From NCBI GenBank assembly GCA_044372845.1, contig JBILRD010000001.1, forward strand, positions 1 to 32,282: 32,282 nt of DNA. Direction: 5' to 3'. Positions 19,937 to 28,449 of this stretch are shown here, piece after piece (the first letter of the stretch is position 1; each line of letters opens with the position of its first letter). The translations under genes and the position numbers were made by a program. This DNA is from Saprospira sp. Lineage in GTDB: Bacteria; Bacteroidota; Bacteroidia; Chitinophagales; Saprospiraceae. A model generated the notes under the pieces. It was not told where the DNA came from and made no database searches. It saw nothing but the letters and a program-made list of their open reading frames with translations.

Positions 19937-19957
19937 TAGGATCCAACTTTTATAATT

Positions 19958-21646
19958 ATGAAAACAGCTAATTTTTTATTTTTTCTGGCAGTTTCCTTAC
20001 TGGTACTAACAGTTGCCAATGGACAGAATTCAGTCAATACTGCTCTTGGCGATGTGAATCAATACGCCATGGATCGACTGATGATCAAAAACAGTGATTT
20101 TGGAGGATTTTCACCAAGCATTCAACCATATACCAGAAAAGATCTAAGAAATTATCTGGCATACCTTCAATCCAAGAGTTTATCGATTTCAAAGGATAGC
20201 ACCTATATTCTGAATGACAATAATGATGACGACAGTAGTATTGCCAGCAGGAAGTCCATACTGAAATATTTTTACCGCACGCCGGCTCATTTTTATGAAG
20301 TGAGGACCAAACATTTTTATCTGAATGTTAATCCAATGTTAGATCTTCAGGCTGGAATGGAGAAAACGGCATCAGAGAGTCATTTGATTTTTTTAAATAG
20401 GAGAGGATTGCAGCTTAGAGGAAATATTGATAATAAAGTTTGGTTTTACACCGATATTATCGAAAGTCAGGCTAGTTTTCCGTCTTATGTCAACAATAGA
20501 ATAGAATCAGAATCTGCCGTACCTGGAGCAGGATTTTATAAAACCTATGATAGCAGATTTACCTCACAACCGAACGACGGAGTAGACTATTTGATGTCGC
20601 AGGGTTATATCGCTTTCAATGCTACTAAATTTATCGGAATCCAATTCGGACACGGCAAGCATTTTATCGGAGATGGACACCGTTCATTGTTGTTGTCAGA
20701 TTATTCCAATAATTATTTTTATCTGAAGCTGAATACCAGAATCTGGAAGATCAATTATCAGAATTTATTCGCTGAACTTACTCAGGATCATGCTCCTGTT
20801 GCCAATAACATTTTTAAGAAGAAATATATGGCGACACATTTGTTAAGTATCAATATTTTAAAAAATCTGAATATTGGTCTTTTCGAATCGATCATTTTTG
20901 ACAGGAATAAAGGTTTTGAATTGCAGTATCTTAATCCACTGATCCTTTACAGAACGGTTGAACAGATGTTGGGAAGTCCGGATAATGCCATCATGGGAAT
21001 GACCTGGAGATATGACTTTTTCAAAAGATTTTCCTTCTATGGACAAGTAATTATTGATGAATTTGTTTTTAGTAAGGTTTTTGCTCGAAAAGGAAGTCCC
21101 GAGGCAGGTTGGTGGGCCAATAAACAGGGAATTCAGGCAGGTTTGAAATATGTGGATGTGGCAGGAGTAAGGGGTCTGGATTTTCAGGCTGAGTTTAATA
21201 CGGTCAGACCTTACACCTATACTTTCAGAGACAGTAGTGCCAATTACACCCATTACAATCAGCCTTTGGCGCATCCTATGGGAGCAAATTTCAGAGAGTT
21301 TATTGGAATATTAAGATACCAACCAATCAAAGGATTACATTTGAGGGGACAACTCAACTTCGCTCAGTATGGACTGGATACCTTGGGATCTAATTGGGGA
21401 AGAAACATTCATCTTCCCTACAATACCTATGAAAGAGAATTTGGGAACGTTACAGGCCAAGGCGTTAAGACCAACTTGATCATTGCTCAGTTTATAGCCT
21501 CTTACATGGTACGACATAATCTTTTTATTGATTTGAATATGATGTATCGAAGAGAAGATGCTCAACTGGATCTTTTGGATAATAATTCCCTGATTTTTTC
21601 GATGGGATTGCGATGGAATATGGTGGGTCGGATGAATGACTGGTAG
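19958..21646 (+). CDS. Outer-membrane beta-barrel protein, RemB/Wzi (capsule assembly)-like
   Basis: Signal peptide; GHGKHFIGDGHRSLLLSD, QYLNPLI, EFNTVRPYTY, QPLAHPMGANF; family assigned from recall. Confidence 0.7.
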   Translation: MKTANFLFFLAVSLLVLTVANGQNSVNTALGDVNQYAMDRLMIKNSDFGGFSPSIQPYTRKDLRNYLAYLQSKSLSISKDSTYILNDNNDDDSSIASRKSILKYFYRTPAHFYEVRTKHFYLNVNPMLDLQAGMEKTASESHLIFLNRRGLQLRGNIDNKVWFYTDIIESQASFPSYVNNRIESESAVPGAGFYKTYDSRFTSQPNDGVDYLMSQGYIAFNATKFIGIQFGHGKHFIGDGHRSLLLSDYSNNYFYLKLNTRIWKINYQNLFAELTQDHAPVANNIFKKKYMATHLLSINILKNLNIGLFESIIFDRNKGFELQYLNPLILYRTVEQMLGSPDNAIMGMTWRYDFFKRFSFYGQVIIDEFVFSKVFARKGSPEAGWWANKQGIQAGLKYVDVAGVRGLDFQAEFNTVRPYTYTFRDSSANYTHYNQPLAHPMGANFREFIGILRYQPIKGLHLRGQLNFAQYGLDTLGSNWGRNIHLPYNTYEREFGNVTGQGVKTNLIIAQFIASYMVRHNLFIDLNMMYRREDAQLDLLDNNSLIFSMGLRWNMVGRMNDW

Positions 21647-21712
21647 ATAAAATAAAATAGCCCACGATTATCCCGATAACTATCGAGGACGTGGGCTATT
21701 TTATTTTATCTA
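21644..21712. terminator. Bidirectional terminator with 23-bp perfect inverted repeat
   Basis: TAGATAAAATAAAATAGCCCACG (21644-21666) / CGTGGGCTATTTTATTTTATCTA (21690-21712) between convergent genes. Confidence 0.85.
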
Positions 21713-21717
21713 AAACC

Positions 21718-22644
21718 TTACGCCAACTCTTCCAAAGTCACTTCCATCAACCTCAAAAACTCCAACGTTCTTGATTTTAGAAGGTCTTTATTGATTTCTT
21801 TTAGACGGTTAGGGCCAAAGGCTTCTACACAGTAAGATGCAACCACAGAACCATAAACCAAAGCTTTTTTCATGCTGTCAAAAGAATAATCTTTGGTCTT
21901 TGCAAGGTAGCCCATAAATCCGCCGGCGAAAGTATCACCCGCTCCGGTTGGATCAAAAACTTCTTCAAGTGGAAGTGCAGGAACAAAGAATATATTCGAT
22001 TCGTGGAAAAGTAAAGCACCATGTTCTCCTTTTTTGATAACAAGATACTTAGGACCCATTTCTCTGATGATTTTTGCCGCTTTTACTATAGAATGCTGAC
22101 CGGACAATTGTCTGGCTTCTTCGTCATTGATTATAAGCACATCCACTTTTTTCAAAACTTTTTTCAGGTCATCCATAGCGATGTCCATCCAGAAATTCAT
22201 GGTATCCATTGCAACTAGCTTTGGACGAGCATTCAACTGATCCAATACCTGCATTTGGATCGCAGGAGCAAAATTACCTAGCAGAAGTAATTCTGGATTT
22301 TTGAAATTTTCGGGCAATTTTGGAGAAAAATCGGCCAGAACATTTAATTCTGTAACCAAAGTATCGCGAGAGTTCATATCCATGTGGTATTTTCCAGCCC
22401 AATAGAAAGATTTCTCGCCTATTCTTTTTTCAAGACCATCCAAATTAACACCTCTGGCAACCAAGGCATCAAGTTCTGACTGTGGAAAATCGTCACCAAT
22501 TACAGAAACTAAATGAATGTCATTGGTAAATTGAGAGGCTGACCAGCAGATATAGGTTCCGGCACCGCCAATTATTCTTTCAGCCTTTCCAAAAGGCGTT
22601 TCAATACTGTCAAAAGCTACAGTGCCTAATACTAATAAACTCAT
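21718..22644 (-). CDS. PfkB/ribokinase family carbohydrate or nucleoside kinase
   Basis: GTVAFD, GGAG, INDEEA, KKGEHGA, DPTGAGDTFAGG. Confidence 0.92.
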   Translation of the reverse strand: MSLLVLGTVAFDSIETPFGKAERIIGGAGTYICWSASQFTNDIHLVSVIGDDFPQSELDALVARGVNLDGLEKRIGEKSFYWAGKYHMDMNSRDTLVTELNVLADFSPKLPENFKNPELLLLGNFAPAIQMQVLDQLNARPKLVAMDTMNFWMDIAMDDLKKVLKKVDVLIINDEEARQLSGQHSIVKAAKIIREMGPKYLVIKKGEHGALLFHESNIFFVPALPLEEVFDPTGAGDTFAGGFMGYLAKTKDYSFDSMKKALVYGSVVASYCVEAFGPNRLKEINKDLLKSRTLEFLRLMEVTLEELA

Positions 22645-22812
22645 TTGGATAATTTTATTTTAGACGTTTATGATGAAAATATATGATTAAACAGAAGACA
22701 AAAAAACGCAAAATAGCTCAGATTCTATAAATTATAATTGCTTTTTTTGAAAGCATGGTTATTCATTATATTTTAATAGTATGAGTTTTTCCCTAAAAAA
22801 ATTTTTAAAAAG

Positions 22813-22843
22813 TTTGCAAAAAATAAAATCAGCTGTATATTTG
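22813..22843 (+). promoter_or_regulatory. Bacteroidota housekeeping promoter for tRNA-Asn
   Basis: TTTG (22813-22816), 19-nt spacer, TATATTTG (22836-22843), 19 nt before the tRNA. Confidence 0.8.
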
Positions 22844-22862
22844 CATTCGCTTTTGAGCAGTC

Positions 22863-22936
22863 GCCTTCATAGCTCAGCTGGTTAGAGCACTTGACTGTTA
22901 ATCAGGGGGTCACTGGTTCGAGTCCAGTTGAGGGCG
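22863..22936 (+). tRNA. tRNA-Asn (GTT)
   Basis: Cloverleaf: acceptor GCCTTCA/TGAGGGC, D arm GCTC/GAGC, anticodon arm CTTGA-CTGTTAA-TCAGG, T arm ACTGG-TTCGAGT-CCAGT, G73; CCA not encoded. Confidence 0.97.
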
Positions 22937-22938
22937 CT

Positions 22939-22969
22939 AAAGCCGATACAGTAATGTGTCGGCTTTTTT
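22939..22969 (+). terminator. Intrinsic terminator after tRNA-Asn
   Basis: AAAGCCGATACA-GTAA-TGTGTCGGCTTTTTT. Confidence 0.85.
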
Positions 22970-22975
22970 GTTTTA

Positions 22976-23581
22976 ATGACTAATTTTCAACCATTTATGC
23001 TTTTGCCGTTTTTAAATTCCGACTTAATTGAAGCTGGTTGTGATGAAGCCGGCAGAGGTTGTTTGGCAGGACCAGTGTTTGCAGCGGCAGTTATATTGCC
23101 CAAAGATTATCAAAATAAATTATTGAACGATTCAAAAAAATTGACTGAAAAACAAAGAATTCAGTTGAGAAATGAAATAGAGAAAGAAGCAATAGAGTGG
23201 GCTGTAGCTCAGGTCAGTGCTCAAGAAATTGACGATATAAATATTCTCAATGCTTCTTTTCTTGCCATGCTCCGAGCTGTTGACCAGTTAAAAAAAAGGC
23301 CCGAAGCTTTGCTGATAGACGGAAATCGGTTTAAGACATATCATGATATTCCTCACCATTGTATCATCAAAGGGGATGGAAAATACATGTCGATAGCTGC
23401 AGCTTCCGTACTTGCCAAAACATATAGAGATGATTACATGTTTACTATTCACGAGGAATTTCCTTTTTATGCCTGGAGTGAAAACAAGGGATATCCAACA
23501 GCGGCACATAGAAAGGCAATTTATGAAAATGGTGCTGTAATTCACCATAGAAAAAGTTTTACTCTTTTGCCAAACCTATGA
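22976..23581 (+). CDS. rnhB: Ribonuclease HII (start may be ATG 22997)
   Basis: [49 protein letters not shown]. Confidence 0.96.
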   Translation: MTNFQPFMLLPFLNSDLIEAGCDEAGRGCLAGPVFAAAVILPKDYQNKLLNDSKKLTEKQRIQLRNEIEKEAIEWAVAQVSAQEIDDINILNASFLAMLRAVDQLKKRPEALLIDGNRFKTYHDIPHHCIIKGDGKYMSIAAASVLAKTYRDDYMFTIHEEFPFYAWSENKGYPTAAHRKAIYENGAVIHHRKSFTLLPNL

Positions 23582-23806
23582 TATTTAACGTTTTATTAGA
23601 TTGACTTTCAAATTTGAAAAATTCTTGTTTTTATCTTTAAAAGATTGCCCCATTTTTAAGGGAATAACAAGTAAAAATCATTTGTTTGAAATAGCATAAA
23701 AATTCAAAAATCAAATGCAAATAGTTTTAATATTGTAAAAAAAATGCGACATTTGCAGTCACTTTGACAAATTCAAAATTATAGAACATTTAAAATACGA
23801 AGAAGA

Positions 23807-24112
23807 ATGAGAAAAGCAGATTTAGTGTCACGTATCGCGGACAAAACAGAAGTTTCTAAAGCTGATGTTTTAATTACATTAGAAACTTTCTTTAAAGAAG
23901 TTAAAGAAAGTATTGCAGAAGGCGAAAATGTTTATGTTCGTGGTTTTGGCAGCTTCATTGCTAAAAAACGTGCAAAAAAAGTTGGTCGTAATATCAAAGC
24001 AAATAAGGCTATTGAAATTCCTGAGCATTTTATTCCTGCTTTTAAACCTGCTAAAGTTTTTGTTGATAGTGTAAAGTCTACTATGAACTCGACTAGCAAA
24101 AAGAAAAAATAA
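23807..24112 (+). CDS. HU/IHF family DNA-binding protein
   Basis: MRKADLV, VYVRGFGSF, GRNI, IPAFKP. Confidence 0.93.
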   Translation: MRKADLVSRIADKTEVSKADVLITLETFFKEVKESIAEGENVYVRGFGSFIAKKRAKKVGRNIKANKAIEIPEHFIPAFKPAKVFVDSVKSTMNSTSKKKK

Positions 24113-24209
24113 GTTTAGTTAGGGCTACCTGAAAGCTCTAAGTTGTGGAAAGCTATTAAAAATTTTTACCACAAAATTCAGAGTTTTTAGTTCCAAACTA
24201 TCTGTATTT

Positions 24210-25109
24210 ATGCGCCTGAATCCAATCCAAATAATCGTTCTAGTATCCACAGTTATACTTTTTGCCTTGTTACTAAGTGTTGGTAGAACTAAACCTTTAA
24301 ACAAGAAAGGAGATGACAGTGCAGCAGAATCGGATACATTGCCGCCACTGACAGATGAAGTGATGTTGGCAGGGGCAAGAAAATCATTGGATAGTGTACA
24401 AATAAATCTAATATCTGAGCTTGAAAGTAGAGTTACTCAAGCAAAAAATATTGAAGAGGAAGTTTTAGTATTTAAGTTAATTTCAAGAACATGGAATGAA
24501 TTTGGCAACTTTGCCGCTGGTGCATATTACGCTCAAAAAGTAGCTGAATTAAAATCTAGTGGTGAAAGTTGGGCTGTGGCAGGCACATCATTTGGTATTG
24601 CCTTTAACCGGGAGATGGCGGATATCGGGCTCAAAAAATATCTTGGCAACAAAGCTGTTGTAGCTTTACAGAAAGCTATAGAGCAGGAACCAGACAGTAT
24701 ATCTTATGCTATAAATGAAGCTATAATGTATGTTGAATTGAGTATGGTTGATTCTAAGGTGTTACCTATGACAGGTGCTCAAAAATTATTAGCTCTGGAC
24801 AAAAAACATCCGGACAACATCAATATTAATCTTCAACTTGGCAGACTGTCCTATACAAGATCTGGGGATGTCCAAAAAGCTATTCCAAGGTTTTTAAAAG
24901 TAATTGAACTATCAGAGAAATCGAAACTTGATAGCAAAGCTATTATACTTGAAGCAAACTTTTCTTTGGCAGAATGTTACAAACAACTTGGTAATAAAGA
25001 AAAAACGCTTTATTATTACAAAAAATGTGTCGAATTGAGCTCTGATAACCCTAAAGTACAGAAGGAACTTCAACAGGCTCTTGATAAATTTGAAAAAGAA
25101 GGAAAGTAA
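24210..25109 (+). CDS. Membrane-anchored tetratricopeptide repeat protein
   Basis: N-terminal hydrophobic helix; TPR-like LQLGRLSY..GDVQKAIPRFLKVIEL and FSLAECYKQLGNKEKTLYYYKKCVEL. Confidence 0.75.
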   Translation: MRLNPIQIIVLVSTVILFALLLSVGRTKPLNKKGDDSAAESDTLPPLTDEVMLAGARKSLDSVQINLISELESRVTQAKNIEEEVLVFKLISRTWNEFGNFAAGAYYAQKVAELKSSGESWAVAGTSFGIAFNREMADIGLKKYLGNKAVVALQKAIEQEPDSISYAINEAIMYVELSMVDSKVLPMTGAQKLLALDKKHPDNININLQLGRLSYTRSGDVQKAIPRFLKVIELSEKSKLDSKAIILEANFSLAECYKQLGNKEKTLYYYKKCVELSSDNPKVQKELQQALDKFEKEGK

Positions 25110-25161
25110 ATTCCTAAATAATTTTGTATTTAATTTTTTAACATTATAAATCTAAGCAAAT

Positions 25162-25257
25162 ATGCCTTGCGGAAAAAAACGTAAAAGACATAAAATTGCG
25201 ACTCACAAACGCAAAAAACGTCTTCGTAAAAATCGTCACAAAAAGAAGAAGAAATAA
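25162..25257 (+). CDS. Small basic ribosomal protein bS22-like (AURKAIP1/COX24/mS38-type), 31 aa
   Basis: Hand translation MPCGKKRKRHKIATHKRKKRLRKNRHKKKKK*; A-rich leader; below the ORF-track length cut-off. Confidence 0.85.
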   Translation: MPCGKKRKRHKIATHKRKKRLRKNRHKKKKK

Positions 25258-25295
25258 TTTATTTCTCCTTTTATAAACGATAAAACGTATTTCTT

Positions 25296-25329
25296 AAGGG
25301 AAAAGTCTATCATAGTCTTACCCTTTTTT
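25296..25329 (+). terminator. Possible terminator after the bS22-like ORF
   Basis: Imperfect hairpin AAGGGAAAAGTCTAT-C-ATAGTCTTACCCTT followed by a T-run. Confidence 0.5.
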
Positions 25330-25464
25330 GTTTCCTTTACCTTACCTTGATTTAAAATAACTCGAACAGAAGTGTTCGTTAATTAGCTTAAGATAAACAA
25401 AAACTGTTTGTCAATGGCTGTTTTTTGCCTAAATTTAATTATCATTGATTTATATATCAAGGCT

Positions 25465-27030
25465 TTGGAAAAAGAACTAATCATATCGGATGGCAGTAAG
25501 GATACTCAAATAGCCTTACTCGAAAATAAAAAACTGGTTGAACTTCACAACCAAAAACCTGCCAGCGGGTTGGCAGTTGGTGACATATATCTTGGAAAAA
25601 TCACCAAACTTTTACCCGGTCTAAATGCAGCTTTCGTGGATATCGGAGAGAAGGAGAAGGATGCATTTCTTCACTACACTGATTTGGGGCCAAAATTAAG
25701 ATCCATTATCAAGTTTACCAACAATGGAATATCGGGTGGTCAGAAAAATGGTACTCTTGACAATTTTATAATCGAACCTGAAATTCAAAAGGCACCGAAA
25801 GGTAAAGTTGTGGATGTACTCAAAAAGGGTCAATTGGTTTTGGTTCAAATTCTTAAAGAACCCATCTCAACAAAAGGACCAAGATTGAGCTGCGAAGTTA
25901 CAATTGCCAGTAGATATCTTGTTTTGACACCATTTAGTAACACAATAGCTGTTTCAAAAAAAATAGCTTCAGAAGAGGAAAGAACAAGGTTGAAAACCCT
26001 CCTTGAAAATTTAAGACCTAAAAATTTTGGATTTATTGTCAGAACTGCTGCAGAAGGGGCAAAGGTTTCTGAATTACATGAAGATATATCTGAGTTGATG
26101 CGAAAATGGAATCACATGTTCGCTGAATTACATAACGCTAAAGAACCTCTTAAGTGTCTTAGTGAAGGTAACAAAACTCAAACCATCATCAGAGATTTTT
26201 GGAATGATAGTTTCTCAAGAGTAGTTGTTGATTCCAAGATTATGTTCGATCAGGTATCAGAGGAATTGGAAAGAGTAGCACCAGACAAAAAGGATTTGGT
26301 CAAAATGCACCCTGGTCCAAGGCCTATTTTTGATCATTATGGTATTACCAAACAAATAAAAGCATCTTTTGGTAAAACATCTACAATGGCTAGTGGTGCT
26401 TATATTGTTTTAGAACACACTGAAGCCATGCACGTTATCGATGTCAATAGCGGACATAAAATGAGTAGTATTGACCAAGAGGATAATGCTCTTAAGGTTA
26501 ATGTGGAGGCTGCCGAAGAAATTGCAAGACAACTTAGATTAAGGGATATCGGAGGCATAATAATCGTCGATTATATAGATATGCGAAACACTGACAACCG
26601 CAATCAATTATATCAGGACATGAAAAATTTCATGATCAACGATAAAGCTAAGCATACAATCCTGCCACTAAGTAAGTTTGGACTGATGCAAATTACCAGG
26701 GAAAGGGTAAGACCGCAAGTAAATATCGTTACTACTGAAAGATGCCCTACTTGTTCTGGTTCCGGAAAAATCCAATCTTCTCTTTTGGTAACAGATGAAA
26801 TAAAACGTGATCTAGATTTTATAATGGGTTCTCAAAGTCCAAAAAAACTAGTTTTAGTAACCCATCCATTTATTCATGCTTTTCTTAAAAAAGGTTGGTT
26901 ATTTAATTCTGTACAGTTTAAGTGGTGGCGTGAGTATGGAAAATGGATAACTATCCGACCTGATAATGACTTCGCAATTACAGCCTACAAGTTTTACGAT
27001 GAAAATAATGACGAAATAAGACTTACTTAA
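25465..27030 (+). CDS. Rne/Rng family ribonuclease (RNase G-sized)
   Basis: GDIYLGKI..LLPGLNAAFVDIG, KEPISTKGPRL, IDVNSG, RLRDIGGIIIVDYIDM, CPTCSGSG Zn link; start reassigned to TTG 25465 (MEKELII). Confidence 0.93.
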   Translation: MEKELIISDGSKDTQIALLENKKLVELHNQKPASGLAVGDIYLGKITKLLPGLNAAFVDIGEKEKDAFLHYTDLGPKLRSIIKFTNNGISGGQKNGTLDNFIIEPEIQKAPKGKVVDVLKKGQLVLVQILKEPISTKGPRLSCEVTIASRYLVLTPFSNTIAVSKKIASEEERTRLKTLLENLRPKNFGFIVRTAAEGAKVSELHEDISELMRKWNHMFAELHNAKEPLKCLSEGNKTQTIIRDFWNDSFSRVVVDSKIMFDQVSEELERVAPDKKDLVKMHPGPRPIFDHYGITKQIKASFGKTSTMASGAYIVLEHTEAMHVIDVNSGHKMSSIDQEDNALKVNVEAAEEIARQLRLRDIGGIIIVDYIDMRNTDNRNQLYQDMKNFMINDKAKHTILPLSKFGLMQITRERVRPQVNIVTTERCPTCSGSGKIQSSLLVTDEIKRDLDFIMGSQSPKKLVLVTHPFIHAFLKKGWLFNSVQFKWWREYGKWITIRPDNDFAITAYKFYDENNDEIRLT

Positions 27031-27039
27031 TCATGATAA

Positions 27040-27078
27040 AAAAGAAGAGGGTTCCTAATATAGGAACCCTCTTCTTTT
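27040..27078. terminator. Bidirectional terminator between rng and fahA
   Basis: AAAAGAAGAGGGTTCCTA-ata-TAGGAACCCTCTTCTTTT, 18-bp perfect stem. Confidence 0.88.
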
Positions 27079-27080
27079 AC

Positions 27081-28346
27081 TTAGATATCACTATTTTGTA
27101 GGTAACAACTTCCCTTCGCAAGCTCCAAAACCAATTCTAATTCCATTTCTCCCCAACCTCTAATGATTACAGTATCATTGTCATTGATAAACTTTCTTTC
27201 TGAACCATCTGGCATGGATATGGGTTTTGTGCCTCTCCAGCTGATCTCCAGCATCGAGCCATAACTGTCTGGTGTCGGTCCGGAAATGGTACCTGAAGCA
27301 CAAAGATCTCCAATATTCATATTACAACCATTGATACTATGATGAGCTAGCTGCTGTACCATTGTCCAGTACATATACTTGAAATTGGAGTGGCAAACTA
27401 ACTTCTCAGAGGTGTTTTCTGGTTTAATAGATACTTCTAATTGAATATCATAACTTTTATTTCCCTGATATTCTAAATAAGGCAATACCTTAGGCTCTTG
27501 AATTGGACCGGGAACTTTGAGCGCCTCCAGTGCTTCCAAGGTTACAACCCAAGGAGATAGGGTAGAGGCAAAGTTTTTACCAAGGAAGGGTCCAAGTGGC
27601 ACATATTCCCAACTTTGAATATCTCTTGCAGACCAATCGTTGAATAATGCCAAGCCAAAAATATAATCTTCTGCTTTTTCTGTGCTAATACTGTCTCCCA
27701 TAGCTGAATTTTTACCAATAACAAAGGCCACCTCAAGTTCAAAATCCAATTGTTTGCTTGGACCAAATACAGGAGGTTCTTCTTGATTAGGACGCATTTG
27801 CCCCTTTGGACGATAAAAATCAGTACCTGAAACTACTATAGAGGAGGAGCGTCCATGATAACCTACAGGAAGGTGTAACCAATTTGGAAGTAGCGCGTTT
27901 TGAGGATCGCGAAACATGATTCCAACATTTGTAGCATGCTCACGGCTAGAGTAAAAATCAGTATAATCTCCAATTTTAACCGGTAACAGCATTTGAACCT
28001 CTCTTGTGTCGAAAAGATAATCCCTTTGATTATAAGCAGATAAAATTGTATTCTCCGCATCAAATAACTCTGCAATTTTATCTCTGATAGCCAAGGTCTT
28101 TGACTTGCCTAAGGATATAAAGTCATTTATGGATTCTTTGTCAAAGACATTCACGTCAACCTCACCCAAACATCCATTTTTTGCTAAAAAAAACAAATCA
28201 ATGACGGTATCGCCTATAATTGTTCCTAATCGAGGGCTTGAATTTTCAGGTTTAAAAACTCCAAAAGGAATATTCTGAATAGGAAAATCACTGCCTTTGC
28301 TTACCTCTAACCATGATTTTCTTAAGGGATCATTTGCTTTCAACAT
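27081..28346 (-). CDS. fahA: Fumarylacetoacetase; apparent frameshift near the C-terminus (about 27146)
   Basis: SDFPIQNIPFGVF, GDYTDFYSSREHATNVG, PVGYHGRSSS, LDFELE, NDWSARDIQ, PLGPFLGKNF, GTISG; conserved tail lies in another frame. Confidence 0.92.
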   Translation of the reverse strand: MLKANDPLRKSWLEVSKGSDFPIQNIPFGVFKPENSSPRLGTIIGDTVIDLFFLAKNGCLGEVDVNVFDKESINDFISLGKSKTLAIRDKIAELFDAENTILSAYNQRDYLFDTREVQMLLPVKIGDYTDFYSSREHATNVGIMFRDPQNALLPNWLHLPVGYHGRSSSIVVSGTDFYRPKGQMRPNQEEPPVFGPSKQLDFELEVAFVIGKNSAMGDSISTEKAEDYIFGLALFNDWSARDIQSWEYVPLGPFLGKNFASTLSPWVVTLEALEALKVPGPIQEPKVLPYLEYQGNKSYDIQLEVSIKPENTSEKLVCHSNFKYMYWTMVQQLAHHSINGCNMNIGDLCASGTISGPTPDSYGSMLEISWRGTKPISMPDGSERKFINDNDTVIIRGWGEMELELVLELAKGSCYLQNSDI

Positions 28347-28449
28347 ACTTAAATTTTTGTAGTGTTATATTGTACGAAATAAAAAACCAACAACTGTTCT
28401 TAATTTTTGTAAATTTAAGCAAAGGATATGAATAGTCAAGTGTTTTTGA

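Noticed and set aside
22937-22975. tRNA-Asn as an integration site for an island
   Set aside because: No integrase and no duplicated tRNA 3' end seen; followed directly by a terminator and rnhB
25408-25464. N-terminal extension of Rne/Rng in the ORF track
   Set aside because: Family similarity begins at xKELII; TTG 25465 is the better start
28348-28410. Near-direct repeat CTTAAATTTTTGTA / CTTAATTTTTGTA, and ORF 28365-28556
   Set aside because: Short and AT-rich, both copies on the same side of the LRR gene so not a target-site duplication; the ORF is an antisense shadow
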